A stretch of DNA of 43,074 nt from a virus (IMGVR_UViG_3300045988_114939:1-43074); one strand, 5' to 3'; shown: positions 9,791-17,630, numbered from the stretch's first letter. Translations and numbers: made by a program. Notes: generated by a model from the sequence alone, not told the origin.

Positions 9791-10312
9791 ATGAGATACG
9801 TAGATGATAAGGGCAGCTTTGCCCCAAAAGCAATTGAGTTAGATGGCATGTTGGTTTTAAACCCAACGGCCGAGCAGTACGAAAAAGCAGGCTACACACA
9901 ATTTGTTGAGCCTATGCAGACCGTAGAAGACGAGTTAAGAAAGGCTATTGCCGCCAAGATTGAAGAGATAAGAGAGTATGACAAATCGACAGAGGTCAAC
10001 TCTTTTTCTCTCGATGGCTTTAACGCGTGGATAAACCGCGAAGACCGCATTGGCACGCGCAAGGCCATAGAGTTGATTAAAGCAAGTGGCAAACAAGATT
10101 GTGAAATATGGTTGCAAGGTGTCCAGCTGAAAGTAAATTGCGACTTGGCTTTGAGGTTGTTGGATGAAGTAGGCCGTTACGCCTATGATGCCTACAATTG
10201 CACACAATCGCACATCCACGCAGTTAGCTTGTTAAAGTCGGTCGAGGAAGTCAACAATTACGACTACAAGAAAGGTTATCCGAAGAAACTCGAACTAAAA
10301 ACAACTTTGTAA
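9791..10312 (+). CDS. DUF4376-like protein (tail-fibre-associated / assembly-like)
   Basis: 173 aa. Has LNPTAEQYEKAGYTQ near the N-terminus, then NSFSLDGFNAWINREDR, RLLDEVGRYAYDAYN and NYDYKKGYP. This pattern is recalled from DUF4376 proteins. Confidence 0.4.
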   Translation: MRYVDDKGSFAPKAIELDGMLVLNPTAEQYEKAGYTQFVEPMQTVEDELRKAIAAKIEEIREYDKSTEVNSFSLDGFNAWINREDRIGTRKAIELIKASGKQDCEIWLQGVQLKVNCDLALRLLDEVGRYAYDAYNCTQSHIHAVSLLKSVEEVNNYDYKKGYPKKLELKTTL

Positions 10313-10313
10313 C

Positions 10314-10754
10314 ATGGCGATAGCGAGTGCGATTATACTAAGTGCATATCTTATCATTATGGCACTTTCTTACGGCGTTAAAAAGTACGTAAGTGACAAT
10401 TATTATATAGGTAAGTGGCCGTGGGCGTTTTCCACGGCCATAGCCGTAAGCGGTGGACTATTATTGCCGCCTATGCTCGACAAGGGTGGAAGTGTTCAAT
10501 TTCTAGCGTTGTTCGCCGTGTTTGGCCTTATGATGGTGGCAATATCGCCACACTACAAGGTAGAGAGGATGCACAGCGTAGGGGCGATTATTGCACTAGT
10601 GTGCGGCATGGGATGGGCGTTATCTTTTCACCCAATTCCAATAATAGGCATTATCGCGCTATGGTGCATATACTACATATTGAAATTGCCTAGGCCGTAT
10701 TACATTGGTGAAGTAACAGCGTTTGCAATAATATACGTAACTACAATACTATAA
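10314..10754 (+). CDS. Multi-pass membrane protein (holin-class candidate)
   Basis: 146 aa with about four hydrophobic helices. Lies directly upstream of the lysis genes. Confidence 0.45.
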   Translation: MAIASAIILSAYLIIMALSYGVKKYVSDNYYIGKWPWAFSTAIAVSGGLLLPPMLDKGGSVQFLALFAVFGLMMVAISPHYKVERMHSVGAIIALVCGMGWALSFHPIPIIGIIALWCIYYILKLPRPYYIGEVTAFAIIYVTTIL

Positions 10755-10756
10755 TT

Positions 10757-11275
10757 ATGTTTGATAAGATTTTCACGTTAGAACAAGTGCGGCTACTGAT
10801 AGTTAGCACCATTGCGCCAATATTGGCGTACTACACAGCCACTAGTACGTACATATACGCGCTAGTGTTGGTTTTTGGGTTCAACATTTGGGCAGGCATG
10901 CGAGCGGACGGCGTGGCCATTAAGCGATGCCGCAATTTCTCGTTTAGCAAGTTCAAGAACGCGCTAGGCGAATTATTGCTATATGTAACAATCATATACG
11001 TAATATATACGGTTATGAGTTTACAGGGTGATAAAAATGTGTCCTTAATTGTCGTTAAAACTCTAAGCTACATATTTGAATATGTGTACATACAGAATGC
11101 GTTCAGAAACTTAGTTATCGCTTATCCGCGCCGAATGGTGTTACACATCATATACCACGTTATCCGCTTTGAGTTTACACGCGCATTGCCGGCACATGTT
11201 AAGGAGATAATTGAGCGGTACGAGCGTGAACACCCCGAAGAAGTAGAATTTGACAAAAAGAATAAAGTAAAATGA
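10757..11275 (+). CDS. Multi-pass membrane protein (holin candidate)
   Basis: 172 aa with several hydrophobic helices. ATGA overlap with the endolysin gene. Confidence 0.5.
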   Translation: MFDKIFTLEQVRLLIVSTIAPILAYYTATSTYIYALVLVFGFNIWAGMRADGVAIKRCRNFSFSKFKNALGELLLYVTIIYVIYTVMSLQGDKNVSLIVVKTLSYIFEYVYIQNAFRNLVIAYPRRMVLHIIYHVIRFEFTRALPAHVKEIIERYEREHPEEVEFDKKNKVK

Positions 11276-11799
11276 GCAGAGAAGAATTAGAAAAATACAT
11301 TAAGACGGCGCAATGCGGCCGCCAAATAAAGTATCTTATCGTGCATTGTACGGCCACGCGCGCAAACGTAGTGGCCAACGTGCGTGTTATTGACGAGTGG
11401 CACAAGGCGCGCGATTTCCACAAGCAGCGAATGAGCGGCCATTATTGCGGCTATCACTTCGTTATAGCGCAGGATGGCTCGATAGAGGTGGGCAGGTATC
11501 TTAACGAGATAGGCGCGCACACGCCTAACTACAATACGCCAAGCATTGGAATATGTTACGCGGGCGGCCTTGATGCGCAAGGCAGGCCAGCCGATACGCG
11601 TACGCCCGAACAAAAGGCCGCCTTAGAGTGGCTTTTAACGCAACTGGTAGCGCGTTTTCCAAATGTTCAGAAAATCGCAGGTCACCGCGATTTCAGCCCC
11701 GACAAGAATGGAAACGGAATTATTGACAAATGGGAGTATTTGAAAGATTGCCCCTGTTTCAACGCAATTCCCGAATACAAGCACCTCCTTAAAAAGTAA
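11272..11799 (+). CDS. N-acetylmuramoyl-L-alanine amidase endolysin (Amidase_2 / PGRP fold)
   Basis: Motifs LIVHCTAT, GYHFVIAQDGSIEVGR, GAHTPNYNTPSIGICYAGG, TPEQKAALEWL and IAGHRDFSP. Confidence 0.85.
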   Translation: MSREELEKYIKTAQCGRQIKYLIVHCTATRANVVANVRVIDEWHKARDFHKQRMSGHYCGYHFVIAQDGSIEVGRYLNEIGAHTPNYNTPSIGICYAGGLDAQGRPADTRTPEQKAALEWLLTQLVARFPNVQKIAGHRDFSPDKNGNGIIDKWEYLKDCPCFNAIPEYKHLLKK

Positions 11800-11803
11800 A
11801 GTT

Positions 11804-12433
11804 ATGGCTAAAATCAAAAAATATATCTATTTAATTGCTGTGGTGGTCTTGATTGGCCTTATCGTGGCAAATTGTATTGGTTGGCGGCTAGCAGGCCGAT
11901 ACAAGCAAAAAGAAAGCATGCAGCGTGCTAATGTCGGTGCGCTTATGCAAAGCGTGGAGCGTTACAAGGTCAATGACAGCCTTAACGCGGTGCGTGTGCA
12001 TGGCTTAACGCTTACGATTGAGGACTTGAAAAAGTATCGCCCCGATGATGTCGAGTTAGCCAAAGAAATGGACGTTAAAAACAAACATCTAGGAAGTGTT
12101 ACGCACATGAATACGCGCACTACTACTAGAATAGTCACACGCGTGCGTGACAGTATAGTGTATATTCATGGTGATACGATTTACAAGGTAGACACTTTGC
12201 GATGTTTTTCGGCCGCCAATAAGTGGTTTTTGCTAGATGGTTGTATTAATAATAAAGGCCAGTTTGTCGGCGCGCTCCAAACGTACGATAAGTTACGGAT
12301 AATCGAAGAAGTGCGATACAAGCGATTTCTATTTTGGCGGACGAATAAAATCAAAAGTCGAAAGGTGAACGCGGTTAGTGACAATCCAAATACAACAATT
12401 ACCGATATAGAGTTCATACAATTGATTAAGTAA
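11804..12433 (+). CDS. N-terminally membrane-anchored protein (spanin-like, by position)
   Basis: 209 aa with a single N-terminal TM segment (YIYLIAVVVLIGLIVANCIGW). It is the last gene before a strong terminator. Confidence 0.35.
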   Translation: MAKIKKYIYLIAVVVLIGLIVANCIGWRLAGRYKQKESMQRANVGALMQSVERYKVNDSLNAVRVHGLTLTIEDLKKYRPDDVELAKEMDVKNKHLGSVTHMNTRTTTRIVTRVRDSIVYIHGDTIYKVDTLRCFSAANKWFLLDGCINNKGQFVGALQTYDKLRIIEEVRYKRFLFWRTNKIKSRKVNAVSDNPNTTITDIEFIQLIK

Positions 12434-12485
12434 TTTCATATTATTTGTTTTTTGAGGTTAGTAAGTACCATACAATTGGTTTAGG

Positions 12486-12519
12486 TGGCAGGGTGTCGAG
12501 AGATACTCTGCCATTTTTT
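12486..12519 (+). terminator. Rho-independent terminator ending the late/lysis operon
   Basis: Stem TGGCAG (12486-91) pairs with CTGCCA (12508-13), followed by TTTTTT. Confidence 0.7.
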
Positions 12520-12622
12520 GCATTAATACGTGGCCAGTTTTTAAAAGTGTAGTAGTAAGCTTTATTGTTTTGGTTAAACGAAGTTAAAAACACTGCAAAT
12601 CTAAAATATTATGCCCGAAAGT

Positions 12623-12653
12623 TTTGGTAATTCAGTTTTTCTTTGTACCTTTG
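12623..12653 (+). promoter_or_regulatory. Bacteroidota sigma-A type promoter (P1)
   Basis: TTTG at 12623-26, a 19-nt spacer, then TACCTTTG at 12646-53 (TAnnTTTG). Confidence 0.7.
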
Positions 12654-12681
12654 CAATGTGATTAATAAACAACACAACTGA

Positions 12682-12697
12682 TACGGCAGTTTCCGTA
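12682..12697 (+). promoter_or_regulatory. Conserved leader hairpin (P1 copy)
   Basis: TACGG-CAGTTT-CCGTA, 36 nt after the -7 box. Positional equivalents lie at 19546-61 and 13424-39, and their stems covary. Confidence 0.55.
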
Positions 12698-12740
12698 AAA
12701 ATAAAAAAGGTGGGTTCACACCAAAACAACGATTAAAAAG

Positions 12741-13268
12741 ATGAAAAGTTTTGATTTCGTAAAATTGGCAGAAGAGAACAATTTGCAACTAGTAGAGGTA
12801 ACACAGGGTTCAAACGGCTATCCTAGGGGAATATACAAAGCCATTGTAGGCTTTGAAAATTTCAAAGATGCCGAGGAAATGGCCGAAAAGAATGGCCTAG
12901 AAATAGTAACATTGCGCAGCCGTGATGGCTGGCAGTTCTTTGAGAACCTAGGCCGCACATATTCGCCATTTGACGAATATGACGTTTACCCAACGGACGA
13001 ATACGACCACTATACAAGCATATCCTTTGATGATTTTTGCGCGCAAGAAGACGTACAAGGCACATTAGCCACGGCAGGCGACTTCGATGAAATGCTTGCC
13101 ATGCTCGAAAACTACAAAGATATTTTCGAGCAAATAGAGGGCTTGGAAGATGGCGAAGTAGTCGTTATCCACCGCGAAAGCGGAGAGGGTGAAATAGTCA
13201 AAAAGGAGTATTGCCACTATCATTACGATGTTTGGCAGTACGGGATAGCTCTCGTAGAAAAGGCATAA
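12741..13268 (+). CDS. Highly acidic early protein, function unknown
   Basis: 175 aa, rich in D and E. It is the only gene between promoter P1 and the terminator at 13274. Confidence 0.7.
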   Translation: MKSFDFVKLAEENNLQLVEVTQGSNGYPRGIYKAIVGFENFKDAEEMAEKNGLEIVTLRSRDGWQFFENLGRTYSPFDEYDVYPTDEYDHYTSISFDDFCAQEDVQGTLATAGDFDEMLAMLENYKDIFEQIEGLEDGEVVVIHRESGEGEIVKKEYCHYHYDVWQYGIALVEKA

Positions 13269-13273
13269 TAACA

Positions 13274-13316
13274 AAAGCCCCTATATTGGTAAAACGATAT
13301 GGGGGCTTTATTTTGT
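13274..13316 (+). terminator. Rho-independent terminator
   Basis: AAAGCCCCTATAT pairs with ATATGGGGGCTTT, followed by a T-rich tract. Confidence 0.7.
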
Positions 13317-13365
13317 TGTGTAATAAGAAAAATATAACAACAAGGCTAAAAATAATGCGCAAAAG

Positions 13366-13397
13366 TTCTGGTAATTCAAATAAAAGTAGTACCTTTG
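13366..13397 (+). promoter_or_regulatory. Bacteroidota-type promoter (P2)
   Basis: TACCTTTG at 13390-97. The upstream element GTTCTGGTAATTC parallels GTTTTGGTAATTC of P1. Confidence 0.6.
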
Positions 13398-13423
13398 CAT
13401 TGTGTTAAGGTTGACACGACTGG

Positions 13424-13439
13424 CTAAGCAGTTACTTAG
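13424..13439 (+). promoter_or_regulatory. Leader hairpin (P2 copy)
   Basis: CTAAG-CAGTTA-CTTAG, 34 nt after the -7 box. The stem sequence differs from P1 and P3 but the loop is similar. Confidence 0.45.
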
Positions 13440-13459
13440 AAATTTAAAAATAAAAAATT

Positions 13460-13732
13460 ATGAATACTTACCACATAACATACAGCTATAAGCACAATAA
13501 TAGAGTATTTGTTGTTGATTGTGATGTTGAAGAGGTACACAAAGCAGATATTAAGCGCGGCGATACCATTCTATCAGATAATGGCGACACAAAAACGATA
13601 GGCAGGCAAGATATATCGTTTGATAGTTTTGTAGGCCGCTGTATATGTGGTGATAGCTACAAGCTAGGCAAAAAGTTAATAAGGCGCGTGACAAATCTTA
13701 AAATGGGGACACCATCACAATTTGGATATTAG
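13460..13732 (+). CDS. Hypothetical early protein
   Basis: 90-aa ORF, the first gene after P2. Confidence 0.55.
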   Translation: MNTYHITYSYKHNNRVFVVDCDVEEVHKADIKRGDTILSDNGDTKTIGRQDISFDSFVGRCICGDSYKLGKKLIRRVTNLKMGTPSQFGY

Positions 13733-13814
13733 CCCCAAAAACATTACAATCCGCCCGTTGTCAACAATGGCAGGGCGGATTTTGGCCACAAAAACTAAAA
13801 TTAATATACACAAG

Positions 13815-14225
13815 ATGAGAATATATAAAGATAGATTTTTAAGGGCGTTAGCCAATCGAGCAAAATGCCCTTATTATGTAGTCGATGAAAGAATATGCGA
13901 CTACTTATTACACACTGGCGCAATTTGCGATGAGTATTCCAAAGGGCAAAAAATTAAGAACAACATCGCCGAAAACACCCCTTTTCTTTTGGTTTGTGGA
14001 GTGTTCAAAGAAATAGGCATAAGTAAGCCTACTTGTGAAGATTTCGCAAATTTGATGCGCTGCACCATTATGGGCGATGGTATATGCCCCGAATGTGGCG
14101 GCGATTGCGATGTGATTGATGGCGAGTACACCTCGCACCAAATCGACCGCGATATAGAACCCGAAATTACCACAAAATGGGAGTTGTACGAGTGTCGTGA
14201 TTGTGGTTGTAAATTTTATAAATAA
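13815..14225 (+). CDS. Cys-rich (zinc-ribbon-like) hypothetical protein. Start uncertain.
   Basis: Has CPECGGDCD and CRDCGC pairs. The frame is open from 13722. An ATG at 13767 lies inside a hairpin (CCGCCC 13751-56 pairing with GGGCGG 13772-77), so the ATG at 13815 is preferred. Confidence 0.5.
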   Translation: MRIYKDRFLRALANRAKCPYYVVDERICDYLLHTGAICDEYSKGQKIKNNIAENTPFLLVCGVFKEIGISKPTCEDFANLMRCTIMGDGICPECGGDCDVIDGEYTSHQIDRDIEPEITTKWELYECRDCGCKFYK

Positions 14226-14230
14226 AGAAT

Positions 14231-14473
14231 ATGGAAAGGAAAGATTTTTATTTAAAAAAAGCCTTTGTAAAGGCTGAAATGAATGGAAAAAAGGTTTTCA
14301 AAAAAGACCTTGCTGCCAAGCTGTGGCCAAAGGGTACGCCCTCTTCTCAACAAGTCAATATGACCAAGTTACTAAGCGGCCGTATATGTTACATCGCTCC
14401 CGAATGGGTGCAGATTATCTGCAAGGAACTAGAATGCTCTGCGGATTTCTTGTTTGGTTTGAGCGATGAATAA
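14231..14473 (+). CDS. XRE/Cro-like helix-turn-helix protein
   Basis: 80 aa. KKDLAAKLWPKGTPSSQQVNMTKLLSG, and a C-terminal ADFLFGLSDE typical of XRE-family HTH proteins. Confidence 0.5.
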   Translation: MERKDFYLKKAFVKAEMNGKKVFKKDLAAKLWPKGTPSSQQVNMTKLLSGRICYIAPEWVQIICKELECSADFLFGLSDE

Positions 14474-14666
14474 ACTATTTAAGAAAGTGTGCGATGTGGT
14501 GTGCGGTGCGCACCAATTGCAGATAATTAAACGTACATTGTATATACTTATCACATTGTGCGTATTGTTATCGCCGCTTAATGGTGGGCTGCTCATATTG
14601 GCCGTAATTGGCTGTGTGGGTATGGCCTTTGTAAATTCAGAAATTGAGGAACAAAACGACAAATAA
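14466..14666 (+). CDS. Small membrane protein
   Basis: 66 aa with a hydrophobic core (LYILITLCVLLSPLNGGLLILAVIGCVGMAF). Overlaps the previous gene by 8 nt. Confidence 0.45.
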   Translation: MNKLFKKVCDVVCGAHQLQIIKRTLYILITLCVLLSPLNGGLLILAVIGCVGMAFVNSEIEEQNDK

Positions 14667-14668
14667 AG

Positions 14669-15868
14669 ATGGAACAAAAAGAAAACATGCCCAACATGAT
14701 GGGCGCAATTAGTGGACAGGGCGAGCAATTGCCGCCATTTGTGGAGGTGGAGCAAGAAAAAAGCCAAGTGGTTGAGTTGCTCCAAGGCGTGACAAGTGAG
14801 GAAATAAAAAGTATTTTCTTTGACAAGGACGCCCTTGTCGAGCCGCCTTACAGAGTATTCCAGTTGAATAGTAGTGGGCATCGTTACTATTATCGTTTTA
14901 ACGAGGATGGCGAACCACAATTTTATCCGAGCGTTACCACCATTCTAAGCCAAACGATGCCGAATAACCCTTACTTAACGAAGTGGATAGCGGACAAAGG
15001 TTTTGACGAGGCCGAGCGGTACAAGATGGAGCGCGCCAATTACGGCACATTCATGCACGCACAATTTGAAAGGCTGCTTATTCAACGCACATACGATTTG
15101 GATGGCCTTAAAGACGAATTGCGCGAGTACATTGAGTATAATCGTTTGCCCGATGATTTTATACATTATGCAGACGAGTTGAAAAAAGACGTGTTGGCAT
15201 TCGCTCAATTCGTATTAGATTACGATGTTAGGCCGCTGGCGGTTGAGATTGCGCTCGTACATCCTGTATATAACTATGCTGGGATGATTGACCTCCCTTG
15301 TACTATGGCCGCGGCAAAAGGCAGTGACAAGCGAATAACGGCAATAGTTGACTTCAAAAGCGGCCGCAAAGGATTTTACCCCGACTATGAAGTACAACTA
15401 CACTTGTATAAGATGATGTGGGAGGTTAATTTTGAAAATCACCCAATCGACAAGGTATTTAATTTTGCGCCGAAAGATTGGCGTAAATTTCCCACATATC
15501 ATTTGAAAGACCAAACCGACAGCGTTGAGAAATTGAAGATACCGCATTTGTTGGGGCTGGCCGAAATTGAGGACAAGAAACGCGATAACACATTTGTAGC
15601 GTGTAGTGGTGTCGTATCGCTCGATACTAACGACTTGACAAGCAATGTTATAAGTTTGTCGCTTTCAGAGTTGATTAAAACGAAAGCCAACAATGACGAT
15701 AAACCAAATGATGATAAGGCAATTTCAGAAAGTGACGTTATTGCAGAGAATGAACGAAAAGTGTTAAATTCAGAACGCCAAACGTTAAATCCGGCACAAA
15801 AACAAGCCGAAAAGAACGAAAGTGAGAGAATAAGCACAAGTTTGAAACTTGATTTAAGCGATATGTAG
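14669..15868 (+). CDS. PD-(D/E)XK (RecB/Cas4-like) exonuclease
   Basis: YPSVTTILS, GTFMHAQFE, GMIDLP, VDFKSG (the D/E-x-K motif) and QLHLY (QxxxY). Confidence 0.6.
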   Translation: MEQKENMPNMMGAISGQGEQLPPFVEVEQEKSQVVELLQGVTSEEIKSIFFDKDALVEPPYRVFQLNSSGHRYYYRFNEDGEPQFYPSVTTILSQTMPNNPYLTKWIADKGFDEAERYKMERANYGTFMHAQFERLLIQRTYDLDGLKDELREYIEYNRLPDDFIHYADELKKDVLAFAQFVLDYDVRPLAVEIALVHPVYNYAGMIDLPCTMAAAKGSDKRITAIVDFKSGRKGFYPDYEVQLHLYKMMWEVNFENHPIDKVFNFAPKDWRKFPTYHLKDQTDSVEKLKIPHLLGLAEIEDKKRDNTFVACSGVVSLDTNDLTSNVISLSLSELIKTKANNDDKPNDDKAISESDVIAENERKVLNSERQTLNPAQKQAEKNESERISTSLKLDLSDM

Positions 15869-15870
15869 AT

Positions 15871-16596
15871 ATGGACGGACGAATAAAAAGACCTAGCCCC
15901 GATAAGGGGTTAGCCTTGCCAAGAATAGGAAGTTTGCACGTTGGCAAAAAAGTTGTCGGCCGAAATGGCAAGGAATACCCTACAAGTACCGACTACTTTA
16001 TACCAAGCGGCAAATATGCTGCTTTGTTTACAAAAGCGTTTGGCGAAAAGCCCTCAACAATTCAAATTGTATTCCCAGACAATTCGCCCGAAAAGGTGTG
16101 CGCCGAGCGTTATGAGTATAGGGACGATGCAGGCGGCTTGGTGGCCTATGGTGACGGCCAAGCATTTAACGTTTGGAATGGGCAAAAATACGTGACCTAC
16201 CAAATAGCAGACTATCCCGACTTGATGGCAGGTATTGCAAGAAAGTACCCCAATCGAGCCGCACGCGCTGGGTTTGATGGTTGGAATGTGATTTTAACAC
16301 TAACATTCGTTATTCCATCCGTGCGTGGCGTGGCTGGCGTGTGGACTTTCACGACAAAGGGAGCGGCAAGCAGCATTCCACAAGTACGTAATACTTTCGA
16401 TGCCATTCTGCAAGAAAAAGGCTTTGTGCGTGGAATAATCTTTGATTTGAACGTGAAATTTGCAACATCGCAAAAGCCTAACAACAATAGCCGTTATCCA
16501 GTAGTTTCGCTCGTGCCGAATGAGAGCGAGGACAATGTAGCGTTAGTTAAACAGGCTTTTTTACCAATAAATGCACCAATTTTAAAGACAGAATGA
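15871..16596 (+). CDS. Hypothetical protein, possibly a recombination partner of the nuclease (by position only)
   Basis: 241-aa ORF starting 3 nt after the nuclease gene. No motif recognised. Confidence 0.5.
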   Translation: MDGRIKRPSPDKGLALPRIGSLHVGKKVVGRNGKEYPTSTDYFIPSGKYAALFTKAFGEKPSTIQIVFPDNSPEKVCAERYEYRDDAGGLVAYGDGQAFNVWNGQKYVTYQIADYPDLMAGIARKYPNRAARAGFDGWNVILTLTFVIPSVRGVAGVWTFTTKGAASSIPQVRNTFDAILQEKGFVRGIIFDLNVKFATSQKPNNNSRYPVVSLVPNESEDNVALVKQAFLPINAPILKTE

Positions 16597-16614
16597 AAAA
16601 TATTTATAGAAATG

Positions 16615-16646
16615 CTTGTAAGGTAGGATATTATTTGCTATCTTTG
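16615..16646 (+). promoter_or_regulatory. Bacteroidota-type promoter (P5) upstream of the replication module
   Basis: CTTG at 16615-18, a 20-nt spacer, then TATCTTTG at 16639-46. Confidence 0.55.
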
Positions 16647-16676
16647 CACACATAAAGAGATAAACTTCCTTCATGT

Positions 16677-16726
16677 GGCCACTCCACTTAGTTTTGTTTC
16701 ATCTTTTCTGGGTGGGTGGCCTTTTT
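16677..16726 (+). terminator. Terminator-like hairpin inside the P5 leader (attenuator, or the 3' end of a short RNA)
   Basis: GGCCAC(T)CCAC (16677-87) pairs with GTGGGTGGCC (16712-21): 10 bp with one bulge, followed by TTTTT (16722-26). Confidence 0.5.
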
Positions 16727-16729
16727 AAA

Positions 16730-16822
16730 ATGAAAGAATTAGCTTATACCATCACGATAAGCAAAAATATATTGCAATGCAACTCGACCCCTATCTTCAA
16801 AGTGTGTGATGGCCTTTGTTGA
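16730..16822 (+). CDS. 30-codon upstream ORF (MKELAYTITISKNILQCNSTPIFKVCDGLC)
   Basis: Its ATG follows the leader hairpin directly. Its stop overlaps the ATG at 16822 (TGATG). Confidence 0.3.
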   Translation: MKELAYTITISKNILQCNSTPIFKVCDGLC

Positions 16823-17625
16823 TGGGGGTCTTTTCTTTTAAAGTTATGGAACAAAATAACTTAATTATCCGCCATAATAGCGGAGGTAACTTTACCATCC
16901 TCAACAACGATATTCTGCAAGATACGAATATGACGTTTTTTGCAAAAGGTATTTTGTGCTATCTTTTGAGTTTGCCAAAAGATTGGGAGGTGAATGTGGC
17001 ACAGGTGGCCGACAAGTTCGGTGAAAAAGAGTGTCGTATTTTGAGGGCATTTCGCGAGTTAATTGACCTAGGTTATTGTATGCGTAAAGCGTACCATGAG
17101 AATGGCCGCTTAAAGGGTCAAAGGTACTATGTTAGCGATGTAGCTGGCGTGTTTGGCGAGATTGAAAGAAAGCCAAAAGAGCCAAGTCTTTTTGACGAAA
17201 ATACAGCCCCCCAAAAAAATGGGGGTACTGAATGCACAGCCCCCCAAAAAAACTCGCCCACTGAAAAAACAGCCCCCACAAAAAACGGGGGGGCATATAC
17301 AAAAGACGATAATCAAGAAACAAAAGAATATTATAATAAGAACAAAAAAACGCTTTTTTCCGAAAATTCGGTTTTGGCGGATATTGATTTTGTTTTGGAC
17401 AAATTCGCAGGTGCCGAGTACGAGGAAGTTGATATAGTATATTACTATCACGCTGTGCGCGATTGGAGCGATAGTAGCAATACTAAACGAACTGAAAACG
17501 GATGGTTAGCCACTATTCGGAGTTTTATTCGCACAGATATAGAGCGCAATAAGCTGCACAAGAAAGTGCAATATAGGGCGGATGCCGTTATAGCCGATGA
17601 GGCTCTACAATTTCTAAAAATGTAG
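16822..17625 (+). CDS. Replication initiator-like protein with an N-terminal winged-helix domain (DnaD / phage O-like class)
   Basis: FTILNNDILQDTNMTFFAKGILCYLLSLPKDWEVNVAQVADKFGEKECRILRAFRELIDLGY. Carries 11-aa repeats encoded by 33-bp iterons. An alternative start lies at 16846. Confidence 0.6.
   Translation: MGVFSFKVMEQNNLIIRHNSGGNFTILNNDILQDTNMTFFAKGILCYLLSLPKDWEVNVAQVADKFGEKECRILRAFRELIDLGYCMRKAYHENGRLKGQRYYVSDVAGVFGEIERKPKEPSLFDENTAPQKNGGTECTAPQKNSPTEKTAPTKNGGAYTKDDNQETKEYYNKNKKTLFSENSVLADIDFVLDKFAGAEYEEVDIVYYYHAVRDWSDSSNTKRTENGWLATIRSFIRTDIERNKLHKKVQYRADAVIADEALQFLKM
17203..17293 (+). repeat. Three direct repeats with exact 33-bp spacing (iteron-like)
   Basis: ACAGCCCCCCAAAAAAA at 17203 and at 17236, and ACAGCCCCCACAAAAAA at 17269. 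Copies 1 and 3 are followed by G runs (C-run/G-run inverted symmetry). An AT-rich stretch follows at about 17295-17400. Confidence 0.8.
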
Positions 17626-17630
17626 TGCGT

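Noticed and set aside
10415-10693. 92-aa alternative-frame + strand ORF inside the membrane-protein gene
   Set aside because: It is fully nested in the longer ORF at 10314..10754, which has a coherent transmembrane pattern. The nested frame is Arg/Gly-rich and lacks a good start context.
17110-17451. Overlapping alternative-frame ORFs (17153..17437 +, 17110..17451 -, 17132..17323 -) with PPKK or FFGG-like repeats
   Set aside because: They are by-products of the C-run/A-run/G-run iterons. The initiator frame is the only one continuous with a recognisable domain.
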